The translations under genes were made by a program, and so were the position numbers. 64,000 nt of DNA from an archaeon (GTDB taxonomy: Archaea; Nanobdellota; Nanobdellia; Woesearchaeales; UBA9642), in the NCBI GenBank assembly GCA_020057295.1, contig JAGVGF010000003.1, forward strand, positions 128,001 to 192,000, in the 5' to 3' direction. Shown piece after piece: positions 37,080 to 47,146 of the stretch. The notes beneath the pieces are model-generated. The model was not told the DNA's origin and did not search any database. It saw nothing but the letters and a program-made list of their open reading frames with translations. The number at the start of each line of letters is the position of its first letter. Position 1 is the stretch's first letter.

Positions 37080-38123
37080 ATAGATAATAGCAATATACAA
37101 ACAGCAACACCAACAGTAGCAAAACAAACAATAGTTATCGGTCAATCTGCAGTATTAACTGGCGATTTAGCAAGTTTAGGCCAAGGTGCGGCTAACTCAG
37201 CAGCATTAGCCTTATCAAAACTTCCAGCAGATACAAAATATAATTATAAAATAATTTTAGAAGATGATAGGCTTGACGGAAAAACAGCAGCATCTATTGC
37301 ACAAAAATTTGTAACATCAGATAATGTTGATGCAATCATAAGTTTCAGTTCAGGAATGGGTAATGTATTTAGTCCTATAACTGAATCTAATAAAATTATA
37401 CATTGTGGAATTGCATCAGATAAAGCAATTGCTAATGGAACATATAATTTCTTACATTGGACAACTCCAGAAGAAGAAAATAAAGTAATGATTAGAGAAT
37501 TGAAAGTACGTAATGTTACAAGAATAGGATTTCTAGCGATGAATCAGCAAGGAGCAATTGCAATATTAGATAATATTAGATTACAGGCTGAGCCTGTTGG
37601 AATAAAAGTTGAAAGTCAAATATACAATCCTGGAGAAAAAGATTTCAAGACTATATTATTGAAATTTCAGGAGCAAAATGTAGACTATATTGTACTACAG
37701 GCATTTAGTCCTGAACTAGAAATATTTGCAAAGCAGTACAAGGAATTAGACGTTAAAACACCAATGACCAGTATTGAATCTTTCGAGTTCAGTGATCAAC
37801 CACAATTATTCGAAGGATTATGGTATGTTCAATCAGCAGATGCAACTTCAGAGTTTAGAACTAATTACAAAGCAACATACGGTAAAGACTTCAAACCAGG
37901 ATCACCAAATGCTTACGATTGTGTAAATCTAATAGTTAAAGCATACGAAACTGCTGGAAACGGAAAAACAAAGCCAGCACAGGATGTTGTAGCAAAAGAA
38001 TTTGCTAAGATACAAAACTTTCCTGGAGCATTAGGACCACTAACTGTAGATCAAAATCATATCGTACAAAGTCATGCAGTCGTTAGAGTAATAACAAACG
38101 GAACACCAATAACAATCGACTAA
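36984..38123 (+). CDS. LivJ/K-family ABC substrate-binding lipoprotein
   Basis: Lipobox FIVGC, LTGDLASLG, EDD, D..T.L.K, AYD, FPGALG. Start MNKT follows a GGGGG RBS. Confidence 0.9.
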   Translation: MNKTIIGMFSLFLVALFIVGCTQTPTGPTGQVIDNSNIQTATPTVAKQTIVIGQSAVLTGDLASLGQGAANSAALALSKLPADTKYNYKIILEDDRLDGKTAASIAQKFVTSDNVDAIISFSSGMGNVFSPITESNKIIHCGIASDKAIANGTYNFLHWTTPEEENKVMIRELKVRNVTRIGFLAMNQQGAIAILDNIRLQAEPVGIKVESQIYNPGEKDFKTILLKFQEQNVDYIVLQAFSPELEIFAKQYKELDVKTPMTSIESFEFSDQPQLFEGLWYVQSADATSEFRTNYKATYGKDFKPGSPNAYDCVNLIVKAYETAGNGKTKPAQDVVAKEFAKIQNFPGALGPLTVDQNHIVQSHAVVRVITNGTPITID

Positions 38124-38153
38124 ACATGGAATTTTTTTATATTAAATAATATA

Positions 38154-38265
38154 ACGGGGGAAAAATAAAATGAATAAAACAATAATTGGAATTTTTAGTT
38201 TATTTGTAGTTTGTTTATTTATAGTTGGATGTACACAAACACCAACTGGACCAACAGGTCAAGTA
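38154..38265 (+). repeat. 112-bp direct repeat, copy 2
   Basis: Matches 36968-37079. Confidence 0.95.
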
Positions 38266-39324
38266 GTAACTAATACACAAGCAGTAAAGACTCAAGAACC
38301 AATCAAGTTCGGTATAATTATGCCATTGACTGGCGATGCAGCAAGCATAGGACAATCTGTAGTTAATGCAGTAAATTTAGCTGCTGAAGAGATCAATGCA
38401 AAAGGCGGCATTGATGGAAGAAAAGTAGTAATCCTAGCGGAAGATGGTAAATGTAATGGTAAAGATGCAGTAAACGCAATGAACAAATTAGTATCTGTGG
38501 ACAGTATACATTACATGATTGGTGCAGGATGCAGTTCAGAAACATTAGCAGTAGTACCCATTGCAGAAGCAAATAAAGTAGTAATGTTAAGTCCAGCAAG
38601 TTCAAACCCTTCGATAACTAATTCAGGAGATTATATATTTAGAGATTATCCTTCTGATTCGTTTGCAGGAGATTTCGCAGCAAAATACATATATGATGGT
38701 GGCGCAAGAACAGTTGCAATAGCATCTTGTCAAAGTGATTATTGTACTGCAATCGGAGATGTTTTCGCAAAGAAATTCAAGCAGCTTGGTGGAAAAGTAG
38801 TCTTTAATGAACAATTCCCAATGACGACAACAGATATGAAGACAATATTATCAAAGATAAAGGATGTAAATCCTGATATGATATATATGCCATCATACAC
38901 AGAATCAACAATACTAGCATTCAAGCAGGCTAAAGAATTAGGAATACCGTCCGACAAATTTTTCGGAGGAGATGCATGGGATGATCCAAAGATATGGACT
39001 AGCACAAGTGGATTTTCCGATGGTGCAAAATATACTTTAGTAGGAGCAGATGTTCCACAAGAATTCAAACAAAAATATGTTAACAAGTATGGTCCAGATA
39101 TGGCATTAACTTTAGGAGCAACTCAAGGTTATGATGCATTATACGTCTTCAAGAAAGTAATAGAACAAGCAGGAGACAATCCAGAAGCCGTAAAGACAGC
39201 ATTATACGATGTCCAAAACTATCATGGATATTCTGGAACAATAAGTTTTGACAGTAACGGAGACTTAAAGGAATCACAATATAGTGTGATGACTATAAAG
39301 AACGGAAAAGCTGTGAAAGAATAA
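38170..39324 (+). CDS. LivJ/K-family ABC substrate-binding lipoprotein
   Basis: Lipobox, PLTGDAASIG, EINAKGGIDG, EDGKC, CSSETLA, YIFR, GYD. Confidence 0.93.
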   Translation: MNKTIIGIFSLFVVCLFIVGCTQTPTGPTGQVVTNTQAVKTQEPIKFGIIMPLTGDAASIGQSVVNAVNLAAEEINAKGGIDGRKVVILAEDGKCNGKDAVNAMNKLVSVDSIHYMIGAGCSSETLAVVPIAEANKVVMLSPASSNPSITNSGDYIFRDYPSDSFAGDFAAKYIYDGGARTVAIASCQSDYCTAIGDVFAKKFKQLGGKVVFNEQFPMTTTDMKTILSKIKDVNPDMIYMPSYTESTILAFKQAKELGIPSDKFFGGDAWDDPKIWTSTSGFSDGAKYTLVGADVPQEFKQKYVNKYGPDMALTLGATQGYDALYVFKKVIEQAGDNPEAVKTALYDVQNYHGYSGTISFDSNGDLKESQYSVMTIKNGKAVKE

Positions 39325-39398
39325 ATATTTTTATTTTTTTTATTTAGTATTACAATAATTATAATAGAAATGATAATAGATTTTTGGGGGAAATTAAA

Positions 39399-39914
39399 AT
39401 GACAAAGAATTATGAATTAACTGTTCAACCAGGATTGGTTGTTAGAGAAACATACACTGTAAAGTTTGATAAAATATCAAAACAACAGGCGCCACAAGTA
39501 GATGGTTCGTTCAAAGCACCTTATGTTGCAACTGTAGAAGTTCCATTAGGTGAAGAAGGCGTTTCAGTAATCTCAGATGGTAGCGAGTTTATTGCAGATT
39601 TCAGAAAAAGAGGTAATAACACACCAAAGAGAATATTGAATCTAGGCAAATTAGTCTATAAAATTATAGCTAGTGAATGTGGAGCAATATTCAGTAAGAC
39701 AGACAAGAGTGTAGTTTCATACACCGGATTGCCTGTAGAAGCCGAAGAAGCTGTAAAACGTGCTGAAGAAGATTTCAAGAAAGCATGGAGTGCATACAAC
39801 GATGCAAGATTCTTACCAGAAGAGCGAACAGTACTTACAAAAAGAGAAATGGTACGTGTAACTCCTAAAGGTATAGAAAGAGTTCCTGCAGAAACATTAG
39901 ACGATAAGATGTAA
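39399..39914 (+). CDS. Hypothetical protein
   Basis: GGGGGA RBS before ATG 39399. No family recognised. Confidence 0.7.
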   Translation: MTKNYELTVQPGLVVRETYTVKFDKISKQQAPQVDGSFKAPYVATVEVPLGEEGVSVISDGSEFIADFRKRGNNTPKRILNLGKLVYKIIASECGAIFSKTDKSVVSYTGLPVEAEEAVKRAEEDFKKAWSAYNDARFLPEERTVLTKREMVRVTPKGIERVPAETLDDKM

Positions 39915-39983
39915 TCTTATCAATTTTTTATTTTTTTATTTTTAATATTATAATCACAATCAAAAAATAATGTTGGGGAAAAC

Positions 39984-40655
39984 ATGAAAACACCTTACTA
40001 TCACAACTATATTCAAGCCGTGGATCATCCATTGCCTGAATTGAAAGAGACATTCGAAAGAGAGACAGGTCTCTTATTAACATATGTGATAGAAACTACA
40101 GAGGCAGGCTCTACAATTGTAGATTTAGGTTGCGGAATAGGAAGACCATTAATCGATTTAGCTTTTTCGTATGCAACAAGAGAATATTTTGGAATAGATA
40201 ACGATCCTAATATGATTCGAATAGCTAAAAGACGTAGAAACAGGGGAAATGTAAGATACAGAATTAATTTATCGACGCAAAATTTTTTGGAATCAAATAT
40301 AGATAGTGCTTTTTCAAATTTAACATATTCAACATATAATTCCATCGGTCATCTAACTGATATTGAAAAGGAATTATTGATTAAAGAAAAATCTAGAATA
40401 ACACGTTCGGAAGGACATGTTATTACTGTAACTTGGAATAGAGATGAAAGAACAACAGAATTTTTACAGAAATACTATCCACATATAGGATTAAAAATAA
40501 TCTATTCTAGCGAAAATGGGACTGTTACAGATCAAGGGTCTTTTGATAGAGTACATCCGAGCAGAATAATGGATTTGTATAAGAGATTTAACATAAAACC
40601 TGTAGATGTTCAAGATTTAGGTTTATGGACCGCAGTCATAGGAAGAAAACAATAG
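39984..40655 (+). CDS. Class I SAM-dependent methyltransferase
   Basis: IVDLGCGIGR, GID...MI..A, NSIGH. Confidence 0.88.
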   Translation: MKTPYYHNYIQAVDHPLPELKETFERETGLLLTYVIETTEAGSTIVDLGCGIGRPLIDLAFSYATREYFGIDNDPNMIRIAKRRRNRGNVRYRINLSTQNFLESNIDSAFSNLTYSTYNSIGHLTDIEKELLIKEKSRITRSEGHVITVTWNRDERTTEFLQKYYPHIGLKIIYSSENGTVTDQGSFDRVHPSRIMDLYKRFNIKPVDVQDLGLWTAVIGRKQ

Positions 40656-40667
40656 GAGGAAATTAAA

Positions 40668-41846
40668 ATGAATAAAAAATTTGATAAAAATTTTTGGTAT
40701 GTTTTTGGAACATCAGTTGGCATAATTGTAGTTGCTGTACTGATTGTTATGATGATTGTAGATTTAAGTACAACTAAAGGACTAACAGGTCAAGTAATAA
40801 AAAATAAAGATTCTATAAAATTAGGTCTTATCACTCCATTGACTGGTGATGCAGCATCATTTGGTCAAGCTGAATTAGATGCAACAAATATTGCTATAGA
40901 TGAAATTAATTCTAAAGGCGGAGTTAATGGTAGATTATTACAATTAATCCCTGAAGATGGAAGATGTAATGGAAGAGATGCAACAAGTGCTGCTCAGAAA
41001 TTAATTAATATAGATAAAGTAAGAATTATTTTAGGCGGAGCATGCAGTGGAGAAACATTAGCAATCGCACCAATATCAGAACCAAGCAAGATAATATTAT
41101 TTGCCGCATTCTCTAGCAGTCCAAAAATAAGTGATGCAGGAGAGTATATTTTCAGAAATAGTCCAACAGATAATGATTGGGCACCAATAATGGCTGAAAC
41201 GTTAACAAAACAAGGTTATAAAAAAGTTGCAGTTGTAACAGAAAATACAGATTATGCAATGGGTGTTAGAGATATATTCAAAGTAAAATTTAAGGAACTT
41301 GGTGGAACAATAGTTGCTGATGAAGTATACAGTCAAGGATCCAAGGATTTCAGAACACAAATACTAAAAGTAAAAGATGGAAATCCTGATGTAATATTCG
41401 TAAATCCGCAAGATGATGTATCAGGCGCGTTGCTTGCAAAACAATTAAGAGAATTAGGAGTAAATACTCCATTTTATAGTGCATTCTTCTTAAGCAGTCC
41501 AAAAGCTATAGAATTAGCAGGATCTGCAGTCGAAGGAGCAACATACTTAGATGTAAGAGATTTGAGTACAAATGCAGGGAAAGCTCTTATTGAAGAATAT
41601 AAGAGAGAAAAAGGAACTCCTGTAAGTGAATTTATCATAGGAGCAAATTATGATAGAGTTTACATAATTAAGGGAGCTCTAGAAAAATGTTCTGAAGATA
41701 CTACTTGTATTAAGAATTATCTTTACACTATAAAAAATTACGAAGGAGTAATCGGAACATACGGTTTCAAAAGTAATGGCGATATGGACACAGTGTTCTT
41801 ATCGATGAAAAGAATCGTAAATGGAACTTCAATCGTACTAGAATAA
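40668..41846 (+). CDS. LivJ/K-family ABC substrate-binding protein with TM anchor
   Basis: TM helix + LTGQVI, PLTGDAASFG, EINSKGGVNG, CSGETLA, YIFR. Confidence 0.93.
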   Translation: MNKKFDKNFWYVFGTSVGIIVVAVLIVMMIVDLSTTKGLTGQVIKNKDSIKLGLITPLTGDAASFGQAELDATNIAIDEINSKGGVNGRLLQLIPEDGRCNGRDATSAAQKLINIDKVRIILGGACSGETLAIAPISEPSKIILFAAFSSSPKISDAGEYIFRNSPTDNDWAPIMAETLTKQGYKKVAVVTENTDYAMGVRDIFKVKFKELGGTIVADEVYSQGSKDFRTQILKVKDGNPDVIFVNPQDDVSGALLAKQLRELGVNTPFYSAFFLSSPKAIELAGSAVEGATYLDVRDLSTNAGKALIEEYKREKGTPVSEFIIGANYDRVYIIKGALEKCSEDTTCIKNYLYTIKNYEGVIGTYGFKSNGDMDTVFLSMKRIVNGTSIVLE

Positions 41847-41862
41847 GCTTATTTATTTTCAA

Positions 41863-41918
41863 GGCGGCACGAGTTTATGCTATCCCTAATAGTAATTTAC
41901 ATAAATTCACGTGCCGCC
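41863..41918 (+). other. GC-rich intercistronic stem-loop
   Basis: GGCGGCACG/CGTGCCGCC (9 bp) plus AGTTTATG/CATAAATT; inner CTAT/ATAG. Confidence 0.7.
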
Positions 41919-41941
41919 GAGATACTTTAAAGAGATGAAAA

Positions 41942-42037
41942 ATGAAAATATTTACAAAAATATTATTGTTGTCATACGCGACAGTTTTTGTAGTGTCAGC
42001 AATAGTAGATATTATATTAAAAAGCTTAAAAGGATAA
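41942..42037 (+). CDS. Putative 31-aa hydrophobic small protein upstream of livH
   Basis: MKIFTKILLLSYATVFVVSAIVDIILKSLKG; GAGATGA RBS-like element upstream. Confidence 0.45.
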   Translation: MKIFTKILLLSYATVFVVSAIVDIILKSLKG

Positions 42038-42071
42038 AAATATAAACACATTATGCCAAAAAGAGGTAAAT

Positions 42072-42953
42072 ATGATACTTGCACAATTAATTGCTAACAG
42101 CATCATCATTGGTAGCATTTATGCATTAGTTGCTGCAGGCTTCGCGTTAGTCTATTCTACAAATAAATTCATGCACTTTGCACATGGTGTTATGGTTGCA
42201 TTTAGTGGATACATGTTATTTTTGATGTTTTCTATATTAGGCGTAAATTTTTACATATCTTGTTTTATTACTTTAATACTTGCAGGATTATTAGGTTGGA
42301 TTTCTTATAGGGTTGTTTATGAACCTTTACAGAAACGTAAATCTTCTAATGTTATACTATTAATAGCATCATTAGGATTATTAATATTGTTAGAGAATAC
42401 TTTAATGATTTTTTTTGGTCCAGACATAAAGACTATAAATTATTTCGGCATCGCTAAAGGAATAGATATTCTAGGAGCAATAGTTACTCCTATACAGATT
42501 GCAATTATAATAATCACGTTAGTTTTACTTGTAGGATTATATTTTTTTATGAATAAATCTAAGATTGGTAGAAATATGCGTGCAGTAGCAGATAATAAAG
42601 AATTAACAAGTATAACGGGAATAAATTATAGATCTATTGCAGATTTATCATTCATAATAGGTTCAGTGCTTGCTGGAATTGCAGGAATACTTATAGCAAT
42701 AGAACAAAATTTGACTCCAGCAATGGGTACTGGATTAATAATTAAAGGATTTACTGGAGCGGTAATTGGAAGTATAATGTCTGTTCCAGGATCAATAATT
42801 GGAAGTTACATCCTAGGATTTGCAGAAAATTTTGGAGTATGGTTTTTACCATCAGAATATAAAGATGCGATAGCATTCATATTATTATTTATATTCCTAT
42901 TATTCAAACCAAACGGACTTTTCGGAGTAGACAAAGGAGTAAGAAACAAGTGA
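42072..42953 (+). CDS. livH: Branched-chain amino acid ABC permease
   Basis: GSIYALVAAGFALVY..FAHG, GRNMRAVADN, KPNGLFG. Confidence 0.93.
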   Translation: MILAQLIANSIIIGSIYALVAAGFALVYSTNKFMHFAHGVMVAFSGYMLFLMFSILGVNFYISCFITLILAGLLGWISYRVVYEPLQKRKSSNVILLIASLGLLILLENTLMIFFGPDIKTINYFGIAKGIDILGAIVTPIQIAIIIITLVLLVGLYFFMNKSKIGRNMRAVADNKELTSITGINYRSIADLSFIIGSVLAGIAGILIAIEQNLTPAMGTGLIIKGFTGAVIGSIMSVPGSIIGSYILGFAENFGVWFLPSEYKDAIAFILLFIFLLFKPNGLFGVDKGVRNK

Positions 42954-42957
42954 AAAA

Positions 42958-43833
42958 ATGATAGAAGCATACCTTATACATTTACTAATCCTGGTAGGAA
43001 TTTATAGTGTATTAGCTGTAAGTCTAAATTTAGCTCTAGGAAATACCGGATTAATGAATATGGGTCATATTGCATTTTTCGGAATAGGAGCTTACACTTC
43101 TGTAATATTCACGAAAGATTTGGGTGTTCCATTCTTTGCAGCATTTCTGATTGCTGGACTATTAACGAGTGTATTTGGATTTATACTAGTGTATGCTACG
43201 AGAAAATTACGTGGAGATTATCTTGCTCTTGCAACTTTAGGATTTAGCTTCGTGATTTATAGTTTAATGCTTAATTGGAGTTCTGTAACAAGAGGACCAT
43301 TAGGAATACCTGGAATAAGTAAACCTTGCTTCTTCGGATTATGTATCGCTAATAATTTACAATATCTAATATTTGTGTTAATAATCTCAGCAATATCAAT
43401 TGCTATAATGTATATTATTGTAAATTCTAGTTTTGGAAAGTTACTTGCTGCAACAAGAGATGATGATATTGGATTGAGAGCATTAGGAAAAAATACATTC
43501 ATGTTAAAATCAAAGGCATTGATGATATCGGCTTTCTTTGCTGGCATTGCAGGAAGTTTATTTGCACACTACATAACTTATATTGATCCATCATCATTCA
43601 TGCTTTCAGAAGTTATACTAATATTTACTATAGTTATTGTTGGAGGAATAGCTTCAATAAAGGGAAGTATTGTATCAACATTCCTTATAATATTAATTCC
43701 TGAATTGTTAAGATTCCTTAACATTCCAAGCAGTGTGCTTGGACCAGCAAGACAGATAATTTATGCATTAATACTTTTAGTGATAGTTTTATGGAGGCCT
43801 AAAGGTTTATTTGGAAAAATAGATCTTGAATAA
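42958..43833 (+). CDS. livM: Branched-chain amino acid ABC permease
   Basis: SLNLALGNTG...GHIAFFGIGAY, LRGDYLALATLGF, RPKGLFG. Confidence 0.93.
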   Translation: MIEAYLIHLLILVGIYSVLAVSLNLALGNTGLMNMGHIAFFGIGAYTSVIFTKDLGVPFFAAFLIAGLLTSVFGFILVYATRKLRGDYLALATLGFSFVIYSLMLNWSSVTRGPLGIPGISKPCFFGLCIANNLQYLIFVLIISAISIAIMYIIVNSSFGKLLAATRDDDIGLRALGKNTFMLKSKALMISAFFAGIAGSLFAHYITYIDPSSFMLSEVILIFTIVIVGGIASIKGSIVSTFLIILIPELLRFLNIPSSVLGPARQIIYALILLVIVLWRPKGLFGKIDLE

Positions 43834-43845
43834 TTAAGTGAAAAA

Positions 43846-44589
43846 ATGATATTGCAAATAACTAATTTAACAAAACATTATGGAGGAATTCATGCACTTG
43901 ATAAGTGCACATTAGATATTGCTCCTAAAAAGATAACTGCAATAATTGGTCCAAATGGTTCAGGAAAAACTACGTTGTTCGATGCAATAACTAAACTAAT
44001 AACAGTAGATGAAGGACGAGTAGTTTTAAATGGTAAGGACATAACTAACATGAATGATTATGATATTGCAAAATCAGGAATTTCAAGAACATTCCAACAA
44101 GTTAGATTATTCAAAAATTTAACAATCAAAGAGCATCTAGAAATCGCGTTAAGAGTTGATGACGAAAAATTATTCAAAGTTTTATTAAATAAGGTATTTA
44201 TTAAAGAAAAAAATAATACTCACAAAATTAAAGAAATTCTTGCACTAGTGGGTTTAGACAAACCTCTTGAAACTTATGCTTCAGATTTAAGTTATGGGCA
44301 ACGTAAACTTTTAGATTTAGCAATAGCTATTGCAAAACCACATACAATATTATTATTGGATGAGCCTGTGGCAGGAGTAAATCCAAAATTAAGAGTAGAA
44401 ATTGTCAACATAATAAAGAAGTTAAAATCTTTAGGAGAAACAATTGTGTTAATAGAGCACGATATGAATTTTGTAATGGGTCTAGCAGATACAGTGTTTG
44501 TATTAGAGGCAGGACGGGTGATTGCGAATGGAAAACCATCAGAAATACAAAACAACAAAAGAGTATTAGAGGCATATTTAGGAGGATAA
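43846..44589 (+). CDS. livG: Branched-chain amino acid ABC ATPase
   Basis: GPNGSGKTT, RTFQ, LSYGQ, LLDEP, IEHDM, EAYLG. Confidence 0.94.
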   Translation: MILQITNLTKHYGGIHALDKCTLDIAPKKITAIIGPNGSGKTTLFDAITKLITVDEGRVVLNGKDITNMNDYDIAKSGISRTFQQVRLFKNLTIKEHLEIALRVDDEKLFKVLLNKVFIKEKNNTHKIKEILALVGLDKPLETYASDLSYGQRKLLDLAIAIAKPHTILLLDEPVAGVNPKLRVEIVNIIKKLKSLGETIVLIEHDMNFVMGLADTVFVLEAGRVIANGKPSEIQNNKRVLEAYLGG

Positions 44590-44613
44590 ATACTTAAGAG
44601 TATTAAAATTAAA

Positions 44614-45321
44614 ATGTTATCAATAAAAAATTTACATGCAGGATATAATGGACTGAAAGTCCTGAAGGGCATAGATGTACATGTCAAACCAAATGAGATA
44701 GTTGCATTAATAGGTCCGAATGGCGCAGGAAAATCTACTGTCATAAAAGCAATATTCAACATAGCAAACGTTTATGATGGTAAAATTATTTTTAAAGATA
44801 AAGATATAACTAATATGAAAACACATCAGTTAATGAAATTAGGAATAAGTTATGTAAACCAAGGAAGAATAAATTTTGGAAATCTTACTGTTGAAGAAAA
44901 TCTTACAATAGGCGCAGATTCAATCCATGATTCTAGTGTAGTAAAGAAAAATTTAGATGCAGTATATAAGAAATTTCCTGTACTTAAAGAGAGAAGAAAA
45001 AGTTTAGCTTACGGATTAAGCGGTGGGCAACAACAAATGTTAGCGTTAGGAAGAGCATTAATGCACAAGCCATCATTATTATTACTTGATGAACCATCGT
45101 TAGGATTAAGCCCGTTATTACAGAAACAATTATTCAAAATAATTCAAGACTTGCGCGATGATGGAATTTCTATATTAATTGTTGAACAGAATGCTAAGCG
45201 AGCTATAGAAATGGCTGACAGAACTTATGTTCTTGAAGATGGTAAAATTGCATTGATGGGCGGAAAAGATATCGTAAACCATGAAAAGATAAAAAGTGTA
45301 TATCTTGGCGGTAGATATTAA
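44614..45321 (+). CDS. livF: Branched-chain amino acid ABC ATPase
   Basis: GPNGAGKST, LSGGQQQMLA, LDEPSLGLSP, VEQN, YLGG. Confidence 0.94.
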   Translation: MLSIKNLHAGYNGLKVLKGIDVHVKPNEIVALIGPNGAGKSTVIKAIFNIANVYDGKIIFKDKDITNMKTHQLMKLGISYVNQGRINFGNLTVEENLTIGADSIHDSSVVKKNLDAVYKKFPVLKERRKSLAYGLSGGQQQMLALGRALMHKPSLLLLDEPSLGLSPLLQKQLFKIIQDLRDDGISILIVEQNAKRAIEMADRTYVLEDGKIALMGGKDIVNHEKIKSVYLGGRY

Positions 45322-45388
45322 TGGACATATCAATAAACTAAATATTACTTAGTACTTATTTTTCTAGAGGTGAGTTAGGGAAAAATGA

Positions 45389-45931
45389 ATGGGCTTAGAA
45401 AAATTAATCAAAAACGAGAACACGAGAACTGTCGTAGCGGATGTTACTGCACAAATAACTAATGCTCTTATATTTGGATCTTTCTTAGATTATAATGCTG
45501 GTCTGAGGACATTCTGGCCTTTTTTTACTTCAAGATTACTTAATACATCTATCGCTGCTTCAACAGCAGATCATTACAACAAGATACGCGAATATTTTTA
45601 TGATAAAACAAATACAAATGATGCTAGCGGTTTTTGGAGAAAATACTTTGTAGAACTTGCAGCGTTTAACACTTTACCAACGATGGGATATGGTGTAGCT
45701 CTAGGAATTGTAAGCATTGCTTCATCTTATATGACGGATTTTAAAATAGATAGTAATACATTAAATAAAGCATTACATGATGGATGGCACGCGTACACAA
45801 GCATCGTCCTATATACTCCTGTGACATCTATTCTTACATCGAAATGGAATGATTGGTTCAGAAAAATGTTTAATGTATATACTCCTGCCGAGAAATCAAC
45901 ACTACATCATATGAAAGATATTACGCCATAA
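45389..45931 (+). CDS. L-alanine exporter AlaE-like membrane protein
   Basis: AD..A...G...SRL......Y..IR pattern and a second half ...ELAAF resemble AlaE. Confidence 0.6.
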   Translation: MGLEKLIKNENTRTVVADVTAQITNALIFGSFLDYNAGLRTFWPFFTSRLLNTSIAASTADHYNKIREYFYDKTNTNDASGFWRKYFVELAAFNTLPTMGYGVALGIVSIASSYMTDFKIDSNTLNKALHDGWHAYTSIVLYTPVTSILTSKWNDWFRKMFNVYTPAEKSTLHHMKDITP

Positions 45932-45963
45932 GATTTATTATAATTAATAATTATTTTTTAAAA

Positions 45964-47100
45964 TTATTCTCTATGTAGTTCGTATCTTAATATCGCAGCG
46001 ATTTTTCCTATCTCTCTTAATTGTACCCCTTCACGTGTTTCTATCGAGATAAGATTCACTTGAGAACTCATTTTTTCAGCTTCTTCTGTAAATTCATCTA
46101 TTACTTCATCTTCTAATGATTCTGATAATAATAATGTGTCTACCGCTCCTAGTTTTATGCATTGCATAACTTCATCTTTACCATATGCTGCCCTCATAGG
46201 GCTCTTTCCTAGAGTGTCAAAGAATTTTTGCATTATCTTCTTTTCTTCCCCAACTTCTTCTTCGGCAAGAATATCTTCTGACTTTTCCACTAACTCTTGT
46301 AATCCAAATTCTTCTGTATACGATAAATCTTTTATTCCTATAATTTTCTTTTTAACTTCATTAGTAATAAATGCGCCGTCTGCAAACTCATACTTTGTTG
46401 GTCCAGGACCACCTATTATTATACCTTTTAATTCCGGCCCCATATTTAGAAATTGGTCTTTCATTATCTCTCCAATCTTTTTATAGAATGCTTTTGCAGC
46501 AAGTTCCCTGTTCTGTGCGAATCTTACTGAAGACTGTCCACCAGCTCTCATCTTTCCCGGAACCATCGAATCTTCTTTAACTAATGGTATAATTGTTTTT
46601 CCTTTTAATATAGCAACAGTTGCATCACGCTTATCCATCACTACTAAACCATATATTGTCCTATCTTGAGATAATTCTATTAATGGATCGAGAATAAATT
46701 CTTTATCACAGCGATATATTCTGATATTAATTGGTGATGGTGGCTCTATAGACCATACGCGATAATCTTGAAATCCGTCCCTTTCAGCAACATTTCCAGC
46801 GAACGCGGCAAGTCCATATGCTGGAGTTCTTCCTATCTGTTTCAAATGCTGAATCATTCTTTCAAGTGCAGAAATAACATTATCTCGTGTGCCTTTACTT
46901 TTAATGTTAGAAGCAGTTCCCTGTTCTTGTTGCAAATGATTAATAACACTAATTAAATCATAACCCGAAGGTACATAAACTGATACTAATTCTGTATGTC
47001 TACCCTTAAAATTTATTAGTTCTTTAACAAAATGTTTCAGTTTCTGTCTCTGTTGCGGTGTTATCTTTCCCTTTCCTTCCTTTGTAGCTTCATTTGCCAT
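45964..47100 (-). CDS. prf1: Peptide chain release factor aRF1
   Basis: GRHTELVS, ASNIKS, YRCD, AGGQS. Confidence 0.96.
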   Translation of the reverse strand: MANEATKEGKGKITPQQRQKLKHFVKELINFKGRHTELVSVYVPSGYDLISVINHLQQEQGTASNIKSKGTRDNVISALERMIQHLKQIGRTPAYGLAAFAGNVAERDGFQDYRVWSIEPPSPINIRIYRCDKEFILDPLIELSQDRTIYGLVVMDKRDATVAILKGKTIIPLVKEDSMVPGKMRAGGQSSVRFAQNRELAAKAFYKKIGEIMKDQFLNMGPELKGIIIGGPGPTKYEFADGAFITNEVKKKIIGIKDLSYTEEFGLQELVEKSEDILAEEEVGEEKKIMQKFFDTLGKSPMRAAYGKDEVMQCIKLGAVDTLLLSESLEDEVIDEFTEEAEKMSSQVNLISIETREGVQLREIGKIAAILRYELHRE

Positions 47101-47146
47101 ATTATTAGAATAAGAGGATGGTTTTTAAATGTTATTGCCTTACTTG

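Noticed and set aside
36968-38265. Direct repeat as a diversity-generating retroelement TR/VR pair
   Set aside because: The five mismatches are not adenine-specific, the repeat encodes signal peptides rather than a C-terminal ligand-binding region, and no reverse transcriptase is in the window.
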